56,588 nt of DNA from assembly GCA_021156325.1 (NCBI GenBank), contig JAJNDI010000018.1:1-56588 (forward strand), read 5' to 3'. Shown in pieces: positions 20,188 to 30,016 of this stretch. Each line of letters opens with the position of its first letter. Within the stretch, counting starts at the first letter, position 1. Below the pieces are notes generated by a model, which did not search any database, was not told where the DNA came from, and saw only the letters and a program-made list of their open reading frames with translations. Origin of the DNA: Gammaproteobacteria bacterium (lineage in GTDB: Bacteria > Pseudomonadota > Gammaproteobacteria > JAJFKG01). The position numbers and the translations under genes were made by a program.

Positions 20188-20782
20188 TTTACTTCCATGG
20201 CGAGAAGAGAAACGACATCACTCTAAAAAAGAATTTATTGTGTTAATCAGTGTGGTTGCAACCATATCAGTCATTGTTATTTGCCTGGCTCATGCTGCTA
20301 TTTTTTATGTTTATACAGCCCAGAACAAGATTGATATCTATCTCAATGAACAATTAACTGAAATCAAGGCTGAAATTGCAAAAGGACAGGCGCTTGATAA
20401 AGAAAAGCAAAAATTACTGTCGTATGTTGATGAAATTAAAGCTATCAATAAACAAAGAATCGAAACAACTTTAATACTTAACCATTTAACGACAGCTGTT
20501 CCCGCGGGTGTTCATTTAACAGATTTTTCCAGAAAAGGAATAAATATAGAGATCAATGGGGTTGCTGAATCGAACACGCGAGTATCTCAATTAATGAGAA
20601 ATATACAACAAATAAAAGTCGTGAAACAAGCTGTTCTATCTAAAATAGAAAGCAGCGATAATGGCGGGAATAACGTCAGTAATTTTAATATCCAATTGGT
20701 ATTAAATGCGCACGATGAAATCATTTCAGAAGAAAACGGATCAAAAGAAAATAATGCTAAAGAAAACGAAAGGCAGCATTAA
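20174..20782 (+). CDS. pilN: Type IV pilus assembly protein PilN
   Basis: INLLPWRE, TM segment, GVAESNTRVSQLMRNI. Confidence 0.93.
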   Translation: MSHINLLPWREEKRHHSKKEFIVLISVVATISVIVICLAHAAIFYVYTAQNKIDIYLNEQLTEIKAEIAKGQALDKEKQKLLSYVDEIKAINKQRIETTLILNHLTTAVPAGVHLTDFSRKGINIEINGVAESNTRVSQLMRNIQQIKVVKQAVLSKIESSDNGGNNVSNFNIQLVLNAHDEIISEENGSKENNAKENERQH

Positions 20783-20784
20783 CT

Positions 20785-21414
20785 ATGGCAATTGAATTAG
20801 CAGAAATAGATTTTGAAAATATTGGCGTATGGCCGTCACATATCAAGAGCATCATTTGCGTTGTTGTGTTTTTGATTATGTTGAGCGCAGGTTATTGGTT
20901 TGATATACGCATACAATTAAATAAGCTCCACAAGGCAGAAAAAGAACAAGTGGTTCTGGAAGCGGAAATCGAAAAGCAGCAAGCGCAAGTTTTACCAATA
21001 AAAATACTAGAATTTCAAATAGAAGACATTAAGTCCTATTTGGGTAATGCCTTTGGGAAAATTCAAAGTTCAATGGAAATCCCCAAGATACTGGAAGATA
21101 TTTCATTGCAAGGAACGAAAAGCGGCCTTGAATTTCGATCAGTTCAACCGTTGGCTGAAGTGAAACATGATTTTTATGCTGATACCCCTATTAATATTGT
21201 CGTTGTGGGTGATTACCACCAGCTTGGAAGATTTGTTGCTGATCTGAGCGCATTGCCCCGGTATGTTGTTATTACCGATTTTTCGTTGAAAAAAGATGCG
21301 GCAGGAAACACGGCATCCTCTCAGGCTATAAAGAACGCGGATAATACCGTTAAAGATAAACTGGAGATGTCGATTCAAGCACATATTTATCGAAGCACCT
21401 CGTTGGCTAAATAG
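20785..21414 (+). CDS. pilO: Type IV pilus assembly protein PilO
   Basis: ENIGVWP, FYADTPINIVVVGDYHQLGRFVADLSALPRYV. Confidence 0.93.
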   Translation: MAIELAEIDFENIGVWPSHIKSIICVVVFLIMLSAGYWFDIRIQLNKLHKAEKEQVVLEAEIEKQQAQVLPIKILEFQIEDIKSYLGNAFGKIQSSMEIPKILEDISLQGTKSGLEFRSVQPLAEVKHDFYADTPINIVVVGDYHQLGRFVADLSALPRYVVITDFSLKKDAAGNTASSQAIKNADNTVKDKLEMSIQAHIYRSTSLAK

Positions 21415-21423
21415 GGAATATAG

Positions 21424-21981
21424 ATGCGAATGGATTTTTTAATAAAAAGTAATACGCAATTTAAAGTTGCCGGTATTATTTCGTTAGCAGTATTGTTTGT
21501 TGCCATATTGGCTTGGTGGTTTTTCAGAAAGCCTATAACAGCGTATTCGGTTGTGCAGGAATACGTCCAAGAAGTGCGTAATCGTCCTGGAAAAGCGTTG
21601 GATAGGTTAGAAAAATTTCCGGTTTATATTTCCCTGCCTTATACCAGTGATATGAAGCGCAGCCCATTCAGTGCAAAATTTCAGGACCCCAAATTGATGC
21701 AAGGTGAAGGACCTGATTTAAATCGTCCGCGAGGCGAATTAGAATCTTTCGCATTAGACGCTCTTAAAATGGTAGGAGTGATTAGACAAGATAATACTAT
21801 TTGGGCTGTGATTCTCGCGCCTAACAATACCATTTATCGAATAAAAACAGGCGATTTTATAGGAAAAAATTATGGCAAGGTTGTTTCTATTTCTTCTACC
21901 GATATAGAAATTTCTGAATCTATCTCTGATGGATATGGGTTATGGGTTAAGCGTCCCGCAGTATTAACATTAAGTGAGTAA
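21424..21981 (+). CDS. pilP: Type IV pilus assembly protein PilP
   Basis: RSPF, PDLNRPRGELESFALDALKMVG, GDFIGKNYGKV. Has a TM anchor with no obvious lipobox Cys. Confidence 0.9.
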   Translation: MRMDFLIKSNTQFKVAGIISLAVLFVAILAWWFFRKPITAYSVVQEYVQEVRNRPGKALDRLEKFPVYISLPYTSDMKRSPFSAKFQDPKLMQGEGPDLNRPRGELESFALDALKMVGVIRQDNTIWAVILAPNNTIYRIKTGDFIGKNYGKVVSISSTDIEISESISDGYGLWVKRPAVLTLSE

Positions 21982-21987
21982 AATGAC

Positions 21988-24174
21988 ATGAGCAAAATAT
22001 CTGTTCATCTGCACCAGGAAACCAATATGAGCAAATTGGCTTTTTTTGCCATTTTACTCATGAAAGGCATACTGTGTTTCTTTTTGGTTTGGACTCTTTT
22101 TTTTATAGGCTATGCAAAAGCGCAATCTTCGGTTTCCTCCGATAAGGCCGCGTCAGCGGTTATATCACCTAAAAATCAATTGGAAGGGATAAAATTTTCA
22201 ACACAGCCCAACAATACTGTCCAGATCAAAATGAGTTTTAGCCAGCCTTTAAGTGGGATCCCCAGCAGTTTTTTAACGACAAAGCCGGCACGTATTATTG
22301 TGGACATGAAGGATGTTAAAAATATCAACGGTCCCTCAAGCCATGCGGTGAATATGGGCGCGGTGGAAAAAGTGACTTCGCTGGTCGCAGACGGGCGTTT
22401 CCGTGTCATTGTCGATTTATCCGATACTGTAAAATACACCACTCGTGTTGAAGGTAATACGTTGTATATTGTCGTATCGCATGACCAATTGGCAAATCAT
22501 ACCTTTGATCAAAAGAAAAAAGAATATGGCGCAACCTCGCTTGGAAAAACCGATTTTGAAATTAACAACATTGATTTTCGCAGGCAAGATAAAACAGGGC
22601 GGCTTATCATCGATTTATCGAGCCCGGATGTGTCATCCGATGTGCTGGAAGAAGCGGGAAAATTGATTATTACCTTTCCGGAAACGAATGTGCCTGTCCG
22701 GTTACAACGACGTTTAGATGTGAGCGATTTTGGAACACCGATTTCAACTATCGATACCCGCCATAAAGGTAAGGATACCCAAATACAAGTTAATTTATCA
22801 GGGTCTTATGATCATTTGATTTATCAAATTGGCAATCAGTTGTTTTTGGATGTACAGGCATTGACACCGGCTGAAGCTGCAGATAAAAAGGCAAAAACCC
22901 CTGATTATAAAGGCAAAAAACTGTCGCTTAATTTTCAGGATATACCAGTACGTGCCGTATTGCAGTTATTGGCAGAATTTACCGGTTTAAATATTGTTGT
23001 CAGTGATTCTGTCAAAGGCAATATTACGCTGCGGTTAAATGATGTGCCCTGGGATCAGGCCCTGGCTATTGTGCTGCAAACCCAGGGTTTGGGGCAACAG
23101 CAAGTGGGAAATGTGATGTTAGTGGCGCCGTTAGCTGAATTAATGGCTCGAGAAAAGCAAGAATTGGAATCAGTTAAGCAAGTTGAAACATTAGCGCCGC
23201 TTCGCTCTGAGTTAATCCGGCTGCATTATGCCAAAGCAGAAGATATGGTAAAACTCTTACAAGAGAGCAAAGACAATTCTGTTTTATCCAGCCGCGGCAG
23301 CGTGAGTTTTGATGTGCGTACGAATAGCCTATGGGTACAAGATACTTCAGCACAATTAAAGGATATAGAGGATTTTATCAAGCGTTTGGATATACCCGTT
23401 CGGCAAGTCTTGATAGAGGCGCGTATTGTTGAAGTTTCTAAAGACTATTCAGAAGATTTGGGCGTCAAGTTAGGGGTGACCAATGAAAAACGCAATATTA
23501 CAGGTACTTTGGACGGAGCCAATCAGATGAAGCAAGGAACGGCTCCGGTTGATATTGATGTTGACGATCGATTAAATCTCAATTTACCGGCTGCCGCTAC
23601 TGACTCGTCAAGTATCGGTATTGCCTTGGCAAAGATTGGGACCGATACCTTTCTGGATCTGGAACTTTCTGCATTGGAAACCGAAGGGCGCGCCAAAATT
23701 GTTTCTTCACCCCGTGTCATTACGGCAGATAAACAGCTGGCACGGATTGAATCGGGGCAAGAAATTCCTTACCAGGAATCCTCTTCCAGCGGGGCAACCT
23801 CGGTCTCATTCAAAAAAGCGGTATTAAGCCTGGAAGTAACGCCGCAAATTACACCGGATAATCGCATCATTATGTTGTTAAAAGTCAATAAAGACAGCCC
23901 TAATTATAGTGAGACGACCGCTCTTAATAATGAACCTGCTATCAACACTAAATCTGTCGAGACCAATGTATTGGTTAAAAACGGTGAAACGGTTGTGCTG
24001 GGGGGTATTTATGAACAAAATAAATCGTTGACGATCAACAAAACTCCTTTTTTAGGAGACATTCCTCTATTAGGTTATCTCTTTAGAAGCAAATCAGAGC
24101 AAGACGATCGCAGTGAACTGCTGATCTTTATTACGCCCAAGATCATCATGCAGGAAGATGGAGGAGTAGCTTGA
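21988..24174 (+). CDS. pilQ: Type IV pilus secretin PilQ (start may be downstream)
   Basis: AMIN-like N-terminus, YKGKKLSLNFQDIPVRAVLQ, VPWDQAL, C-terminal PFLGDIPLLGYLF...ELLIFITPKI. Confidence 0.96.
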   Translation: MSKISVHLHQETNMSKLAFFAILLMKGILCFFLVWTLFFIGYAKAQSSVSSDKAASAVISPKNQLEGIKFSTQPNNTVQIKMSFSQPLSGIPSSFLTTKPARIIVDMKDVKNINGPSSHAVNMGAVEKVTSLVADGRFRVIVDLSDTVKYTTRVEGNTLYIVVSHDQLANHTFDQKKKEYGATSLGKTDFEINNIDFRRQDKTGRLIIDLSSPDVSSDVLEEAGKLIITFPETNVPVRLQRRLDVSDFGTPISTIDTRHKGKDTQIQVNLSGSYDHLIYQIGNQLFLDVQALTPAEAADKKAKTPDYKGKKLSLNFQDIPVRAVLQLLAEFTGLNIVVSDSVKGNITLRLNDVPWDQALAIVLQTQGLGQQQVGNVMLVAPLAELMAREKQELESVKQVETLAPLRSELIRLHYAKAEDMVKLLQESKDNSVLSSRGSVSFDVRTNSLWVQDTSAQLKDIEDFIKRLDIPVRQVLIEARIVEVSKDYSEDLGVKLGVTNEKRNITGTLDGANQMKQGTAPVDIDVDDRLNLNLPAAATDSSSIGIALAKIGTDTFLDLELSALETEGRAKIVSSPRVITADKQLARIESGQEIPYQESSSSGATSVSFKKAVLSLEVTPQITPDNRIIMLLKVNKDSPNYSETTALNNEPAINTKSVETNVLVKNGETVVLGGIYEQNKSLTINKTPFLGDIPLLGYLFRSKSEQDDRSELLIFITPKIIMQEDGGVA

Positions 24175-24692
24175 TGAAAAATAATCATAAACAACAACGC
24201 ATTTTTTTGTTAGGTGAACAAGGTGTGGGAAAAACTTCAGTGGGGCGCGGCTTGGCAAGAACCTTGAGATTTGATTTTTATGACGTCAATGCCATGATAG
24301 AAGAACGCTCCGGCGTGGAATTGTCCTGGATAAAAGACCGCGAAGGCGAAGAAGGTATTCATTGCCGGACGCAGAAAATATTAAATGAGTTATTAAATAA
24401 AGAAAACATTGTCATTGCTGCAGGTAATAATATCAATTCAAATGCCGTCAATAAAACGTTATCTCATGCCGGCATTGTCGTTTACTTGCAAGCTTCCGTA
24501 TCGGAACGATTAACACGCCTTGCTAATCGGCGAAAAACCGATGAGAAAGTTTGCTCCAAGACAGAACAAAGCAACTTTAACTATGAAGGTATTGCTGATA
24601 TTGTCATCAATACCGACAGTTTATCTCGCCCTGCTGTGATCAGTGAATTAGCCAAGCAGCTCATGCCGAATATCTCTTCTATGAATAGCTAA
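24171..24692 (+). CDS. aroK: Shikimate kinase, divergent or degenerate
   Basis: Walker A GEQGVGKTS, GIVVYLQAS, pilQ-aroK-aroB synteny; substrate-binding motifs are altered. Confidence 0.8.
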   Translation: MMKNNHKQQRIFLLGEQGVGKTSVGRGLARTLRFDFYDVNAMIEERSGVELSWIKDREGEEGIHCRTQKILNELLNKENIVIAAGNNINSNAVNKTLSHAGIVVYLQASVSERLTRLANRRKTDEKVCSKTEQSNFNYEGIADIVINTDSLSRPAVISELAKQLMPNISSMNS

Positions 24693-24707
24693 CTTCAGCT
24701 TAAATTG

Positions 24708-24857
24708 CTAGAGTCTGTCGTCAAATGCGCTAGGATGGAGCAGAAGTGATTGATTTTCGAGTACCAAAGCGCAGCATATGTGGTGATATGTGAGCATTGG
24801 AACGCAAAAAATCAATCAGCTATGCCCATCATAGTAGCATTTGACGACAGACTCTAG
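24708..24857. mobile_element. 150-bp MITE-like palindromic element (RPE-like)
   Basis: Perfect 21-bp terminal inverted repeat ctagagtctgtcgtcaaatgc; the internal core is shared with 49659-49779. Confidence 0.8.
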
Positions 24858-24888
24858 TATACCTATCCTTATTCCCACGTAATAAATT

Positions 24889-24942
24889 CCCCCTTTGAAA
24901 AAGGGGGAAGGCGGGCGCGTAAGCGGCCGACAGGGGGATTTT
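24889..24942 (+). repeat. Family-B palindromic repeat abutting the aroB start
   Basis: ccccctttgaaaaaggggg...cagggggatttt immediately followed by ATG. Confidence 0.8.
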
Positions 24943-26043
24943 ATGAAAACTATCTATGCCGCTCTAGGCAATAAAACTTATCCCATTCATATTGGACAAG
25001 GGTTATTACAACGATCTGATCTATTTGCAGATCTGCTTTCTTCACGGCGCATCTTGCTTGTTACCCATGAGAGAATTAGTGCCTTATACACTCAAAAAAT
25101 ACAATCACATCCAAATAGACAGAATTTGCTTACCTGTATACTGCCAGAAGGTGAAGAACATAAAACGTTAAAAACAGCAGAAATTATTTTCGATAAGTTA
25201 TTGGAGCATCATTACCATCGCGATACCGTCTTAATTGCCATGGGGGGCGGGGTTATTGGTGATATTAGCGGTTTTGCTGCAGCGTGTTATCAACGGGGTA
25301 TTGATTATCTTCAAGTGCCGACTACTTTATTAGCGCAGGTAGATGCGGCTATCGGGGGGAAAACGGCAGTTAATCACCGTCTGGGTAAAAATATGATAGG
25401 GATGTTCCATCAACCCCAAGGAGTGATCATCGATATCGACACCTTAAAAACACTTGAGCCGCGCCAATTTCGCTCAGGTTTGGCTGAAGTCATTAAATAT
25501 GGCTTGATCAGCGATGCCGCATTTTTTGAGTGGTTTGAAAAGCATCTTGATGCAATTTTGAATCATGAACCTGATGTGTTAATTCATATGATTAGCCGTT
25601 CTTGTGAGTCTAAACTCCACTGGGTAAGCCAGGATGAATATGATAAAAAAGGATATCGAGCTTTATTAAACTTTGGACATACCTTTGGCCATGCGATAGA
25701 ATGTGCGCTGGATTACGGTCATTGGCTGCATGGTGAGGCGGTAGCGGCGGGGATGGTAATGGCAGCACATTTATCAGCTGACTTGGGCTGGCTTTCCAGA
25801 TCGGCTGTGAAACGGATTGAAGCACTGCTCGCGCGAATAGGATTGCCTGTTCGCCTGCCCAAGCTGATTTTACCCGAAACCCTTTTTGCTGCGATGCAGC
25901 ATGATAAGAAATGTGTACAAGAAGGATTAACGCTGGTTTTACTGAAAGAAATTGGCCACGCTTTTTTGTATAGAGAGGTTACAAAAGAAGCTGTTCTTCA
26001 GGTGATTACACAAGCTGGCGATACACCCTTTCACCCCTTTTGA
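24943..26043 (+). CDS. aroB: 3-dehydroquinate synthase
   Basis: GGGVIGDISGFAAACYQRG, PTTLLAQVDAAIGGKTAVN, LLNFGHTFGHAIE. Confidence 0.97.
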   Translation: MKTIYAALGNKTYPIHIGQGLLQRSDLFADLLSSRRILLVTHERISALYTQKIQSHPNRQNLLTCILPEGEEHKTLKTAEIIFDKLLEHHYHRDTVLIAMGGGVIGDISGFAAACYQRGIDYLQVPTTLLAQVDAAIGGKTAVNHRLGKNMIGMFHQPQGVIIDIDTLKTLEPRQFRSGLAEVIKYGLISDAAFFEWFEKHLDAILNHEPDVLIHMISRSCESKLHWVSQDEYDKKGYRALLNFGHTFGHAIECALDYGHWLHGEAVAAGMVMAAHLSADLGWLSRSAVKRIEALLARIGLPVRLPKLILPETLFAAMQHDKKCVQEGLTLVLLKEIGHAFLYREVTKEAVLQVITQAGDTPFHPF

Positions 26044-26086
26044 AAAAGGGGATCGCTGTAGCAGAGCCGCACAAGGGATGAATTTT
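26034..26086 (+). repeat. Family-B palindromic repeat containing the aroB stop codon
   Basis: ccccttttgaaaaagggg; the TGA at 26041-26043 is inside the repeat core. Confidence 0.7.
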
Positions 26087-26100
26087 AAGAGGCATTGAAT

Positions 26101-27198
26101 ATGAATTTATATTTTTTCTTCAAACGTAACTCAGCGATTCTGGTAGTAGTATTATTGCTAATCATAGCCGGTGGTTTTTTCTTAACGCACTTTGGGTTTA
26201 AAGGTGAGAGTGAACACACTGGTCTGCAGGCGCAAAGCGGGGAAAACAGCGCCATAATAATACCAACAGAACAAATGGCAGGGATTACAACAGTTAATGC
26301 CAATGAGAGTACTCCCATTCCGCTGCCGGAAAATTCACAAGCTATTCAACCGGAACTCGCAGCAACACAAACTGCTCTCATCCATCTATCGAATGAAGCT
26401 GAAGCATCACCCCCTTCTCAAACCGCTCATGAAGCCGTTGCGCCGGGCTCGACTGCCTCGGCTGCACCTGCTGCTGCGCTCAATACACCCTTGCCTATCA
26501 ATCAAACCAATGTGGTGAGTTCTGCAACGACAGTCACAGAACCCGTTCCTGCTGCCGCACCAAAAACGGCAACATCGACAGTTGATCCTGCACAATTGGC
26601 TTCTCAACAAAGAAGCCGTGAAGCAGCAGAAGCGTTGCTTGCCGCTATTAATGAAGAAGCAGGTATTCAGGTTGATTTAAGTGATCAAGCTGATGCAAAA
26701 ACCGTGGCGGCAGTTAGCACATCTCCCCTGATAGATAAGCCGCAGCCTCTAAAACCTGCAGCAGCAAAAACCGCATCAGCGAAACAAACGTTGCCGAGAT
26801 CGGTGGTCATCGTTCATCCGCATGAGCAAGAAAAAACAGCTGCGGTTAAGTCTTTACCCTCTAAAGGACGTTATACAGTACAACTTATCGGATTACGATC
26901 AAACACTGAGGCATCACGTTTTATTCAAACACATAAACTTAATACAGCAAAAATAGTGCCGGTAAAAGCGAATAATCGCGTGGTGTATGTCGTTGTAACC
27001 GGTGATTTTAATTCCCAGGCAGCAGCCACAAAAGCAGTGAGTAATATGCCGGCATCGCTTAAAAAATTGCATCCGTGGGTAAGACCTGTCAGCAGTTTGG
27101 AAGCAGCAAGGGTAACGCCAACAGCGCTGCATTCTGAAAAAAAAGTAGCATCGAATACTAATGCTTCGCCTCTAGTAGAACAAGAAAGCTTATTTTAA
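26101..27198 (+). CDS. damX: SPOR-domain cell division protein (DamX-like)
   Basis: N-terminal TM, Ala/Pro/Thr linker, SPOR domain YTVQLIG...PWVRPV; follows aroB. Confidence 0.75.
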   Translation: MNLYFFFKRNSAILVVVLLLIIAGGFFLTHFGFKGESEHTGLQAQSGENSAIIIPTEQMAGITTVNANESTPIPLPENSQAIQPELAATQTALIHLSNEAEASPPSQTAHEAVAPGSTASAAPAAALNTPLPINQTNVVSSATTVTEPVPAAAPKTATSTVDPAQLASQQRSREAAEALLAAINEEAGIQVDLSDQADAKTVAAVSTSPLIDKPQPLKPAAAKTASAKQTLPRSVVIVHPHEQEKTAAVKSLPSKGRYTVQLIGLRSNTEASRFIQTHKLNTAKIVPVKANNRVVYVVVTGDFNSQAAATKAVSNMPASLKKLHPWVRPVSSLEAARVTPTALHSEKKVASNTNASPLVEQESLF

Positions 27199-27218
27199 AT
27201 AATACAAGGTGACATACT

Positions 27219-28286
27219 ATGCCTGTTTTACAAAATGATCGTTTTTTACGGGCATTATTGCGCCAGGAAATTGATTACACACCTGTTTGGATCATGCGCC
27301 AGGCGGGCCGATATTTACCAGAGTATCGTGCTTTGCGTAAAAAAACCCCGGATTTTTTAACCTTTTGCAAAACACCCGAATTAGCGTGTGAAGCGACATT
27401 GCAGCCTTTGCAGCGTTATCCTTTAGATGCTGCTATTGTATTTTCAGATATTCTGACTATCCCTGATGCGATGGGTCTGGGATTATATTTCACAGAAGGT
27501 GAAGGCCCCCGCTTCAAAAACCCGATCCGTTCTATAAGTGATATTGCTAAACTTCATATCCCCGATCCGATGGATGATCTGGGCTATGTATGTCAAACCA
27601 TTACCATGGTACGGCAGCATTTGCAAGGTAAAGTGCCGTTAATTGGTTTTGCCGGAAGTCCCTGGACGTTGGCAACTTATATGATAGAAGGGGGCAGCAG
27701 CAAACAATTTGAAAACATTAAAGGGATGATGTATCGCGAACCGAACAGCCTACATCAATTATTAACCTTATTAACAGAATCAGTTACGATTTATCTCAAT
27801 GCGCAAATTGCCTCAGGCGCTCAAGCAGTGATGTTATTTGATACGTGGGGGGGTGTATTAACAACCGATGATTACCGTGATTTTTCACTCAATTATATGG
27901 AACAAATCATCAATGACTTAACGTGGGAACATGAAGGAAGACGCGTGCCGGTGATTTTGTTTACCAAAGGAAGCGGCTTGTGGTTGGAGATGATCGCCGA
28001 AACCGGCTGCGATGGAATTGGTGTTGATTGGACGATTCCTTTGTCACAAGCTCGTGAACGGGTAGGTCATAAGGCTGCATTGCAAGGTAATTTGGATCCT
28101 TGCGTACTACTCGGATCAAAACAGCGTATTTATGAAGAAGTGCAATCTGTATTAAACAGTTATGGGCCGGGCTCTGGACATATATTTAATTTGGGCCATG
28201 GTATTTTACCGTCTGTACCGCCTGAGAATGTCGCTTATTTAATTGAAGTGGTCCATGAATTAAGCCAAGTGTATCATCGAGCTTAA
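27219..28286 (+). CDS. hemE: Uroporphyrinogen decarboxylase
   Basis: [31 protein letters not shown]. Confidence 0.97.
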   Translation: MPVLQNDRFLRALLRQEIDYTPVWIMRQAGRYLPEYRALRKKTPDFLTFCKTPELACEATLQPLQRYPLDAAIVFSDILTIPDAMGLGLYFTEGEGPRFKNPIRSISDIAKLHIPDPMDDLGYVCQTITMVRQHLQGKVPLIGFAGSPWTLATYMIEGGSSKQFENIKGMMYREPNSLHQLLTLLTESVTIYLNAQIASGAQAVMLFDTWGGVLTTDDYRDFSLNYMEQIINDLTWEHEGRRVPVILFTKGSGLWLEMIAETGCDGIGVDWTIPLSQARERVGHKAALQGNLDPCVLLGSKQRIYEEVQSVLNSYGPGSGHIFNLGHGILPSVPPENVAYLIEVVHELSQVYHRA

Positions 28287-28299
28287 GAGGACAAGTGAG

Positions 28300-29592
28300 A
28301 TGAGCCAATTTTTACGATGGATTTATTCGCTGATTTTTGCCTTATTGATGCCGTTGATATTGCTGCGATTGTGCTTGCGCTCACGCCGCAATAAGGCGTA
28401 TCGGGAGCGGTGGTTAGAACGTTTTGCCTTATCGCCCTTACATCAGAAAAAAGAAGGGATTTGGGTTCATACCGTTTCTATGGGGGAATGTATAGCAGCT
28501 ATTCCGCTTATCAAATGTCTTCAGGTACGCTATCCTGATTTGCCTATTACAGTTACTTCGATGACGATCACTGGATCTGCTTATATCCAAAAAACCTTTG
28601 GCAAGACGATATTTCATACTTATGTACCTTATGATTTTTATTGGATGCAGCGGCGTTTTTTAAAAGCACTGGCGCCACGGTGTGTGATTTTATTAGAAAC
28701 TGAGTTATGGCCTAATTTATTAAACGCCTGCCGTAAAGAAAAAGTTAAGGTGTTATTGGCTAATGGACGCTTATCACAGCAATCTTATCAGCAATATCGA
28801 TGGGTTTTACCTATCGTGAAGGAGATGTTAAAAAATATTACCTCTATTGCTGTACAAGAAGAAGCGCATAAGAACCGTTTCCATGCTTTAGGCGCTCCTT
28901 TATCGGCAATTCATGTTACGGGCTCTTTGAAATTTGACATGATGGTTTCACCAGAACAAATCGAGAAAGGAAAAATACTGCGTTCTCAATTAGGAGAAAA
29001 TCGAGCAGTTTGGATCGCAGCGAGTACCCACGAAGGAGAAGAATCGATTATATTAGCCACCCATCAGAAACTTAAAAAACAATTTCCCGATGTGGTGTTA
29101 ATCCTGGTTCCAAGACACCCGGAGCGTTTTGAAAAAGTTATTAATTATGGCAAAACGGCAGGACTTTCATTATTACAATATAGTCAATATGCACAGTGGA
29201 ATAAAGAGGCAGCCTCGTCAATTGATGTAGTAGTAGGTGATACGATGGGTGACCTCATAGTATTATATGCTGCGTCAGATTTAGCTTTTGTCGGCGGAAG
29301 CTTTATAGCACAGGGGGGGCATAATCCCCTGGAGCCGGCATTATTGGGATTACCGGTTGTTATGGGTCAATCTACCTTTAACTTTACTGAGGTCGCCGCT
29401 AAATTGATTGCAAGCGGCGGCATGACACAAGTTTCCGATCAAAATCACCTAATACACACTATTAAACAATGGCTTTTAAACCCTGAACTCATAAAACAAA
29501 AAGGTGAACAAGTCAAAGCGGTTGTTGATAACAATCGCGGCGCTGTAGAAAAGCATTTAGCTTTAATAGATAAGTGCCTTTCGGGTGCATAG
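28300..29592 (+). CDS. waaA: Kdo transferase
   Basis: IWVHTVSMGE, ETELWPN, AASTHEGEE, VPRHPERF, GGHNPLEPA. Confidence 0.96.
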   Translation: MSQFLRWIYSLIFALLMPLILLRLCLRSRRNKAYRERWLERFALSPLHQKKEGIWVHTVSMGECIAAIPLIKCLQVRYPDLPITVTSMTITGSAYIQKTFGKTIFHTYVPYDFYWMQRRFLKALAPRCVILLETELWPNLLNACRKEKVKVLLANGRLSQQSYQQYRWVLPIVKEMLKNITSIAVQEEAHKNRFHALGAPLSAIHVTGSLKFDMMVSPEQIEKGKILRSQLGENRAVWIAASTHEGEESIILATHQKLKKQFPDVVLILVPRHPERFEKVINYGKTAGLSLLQYSQYAQWNKEAASSIDVVVGDTMGDLIVLYAASDLAFVGGSFIAQGGHNPLEPALLGLPVVMGQSTFNFTEVAAKLIASGGMTQVSDQNHLIHTIKQWLLNPELIKQKGEQVKAVVDNNRGAVEKHLALIDKCLSGA

Positions 29593-29637
29593 TACACTGT
29601 AACATTAATTTTCATGAATATTCAGCGCTGCGCGCTT

Positions 29638-29768
29638 CCCTCTCCCCGCGCCTAAAGGCACGGCCCTCTCCCGCTTGCGCGGGAGAGGGGATTTAATGTC
29701 GCAAAATAGGGATTCCCCCCTCCACGTCAGTGGGAGAGGGCAAGCCGCGTCAGCGGCGCGGGAGAGGG
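29638..29768. repeat. CCCTCTCCC/GGGAGAGGG palindromic repeat doublet (family C) between convergent waaA and feoC
   Basis: Several ccctctccc and gggagaggg arms forming nested hairpins. Confidence 0.8.
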
Positions 29769-29782
29769 CGCCGCGCAGCCCC

Positions 29783-30016
29783 TTAGGTGCCCATCAACCA
29801 TTCGAAAGAGATCACCGTTTGTTTCCTGCATTGCAAGGGACAGCGTTTGCAGGCGGTTATTTCACAGCGGCATTCACGTAATTGTCCTTTACGGATAAAA
29901 TGGCTTAACATCCCTTCAATCAAAGCGCTGTCTTCTTTAAATTGCAAAGCTAATTGTTGAAGAGAAACACGTTGCTGTTTTTGCAAATAGTTTTTAAGTG
30001 TTAATAAAGATAACAT
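29783..30016 (-). CDS. feoC: FeoC-like winged-helix protein
   Basis: Follows feoB; Cys cluster CxxxxCxxCxxxC; C-terminal FEW. Confidence 0.85.
   Translation of the reverse strand: MLSLLTLKNYLQKQQRVSLQQLALQFKEDSALIEGMLSHFIRKGQLRECRCEITACKRCPLQCRKQTVISFEWLMGT

Noticed and set aside
29675-29881. 68-aa ORF
   Set aside because: Derived from the family-C repeat and antisense to feoC.
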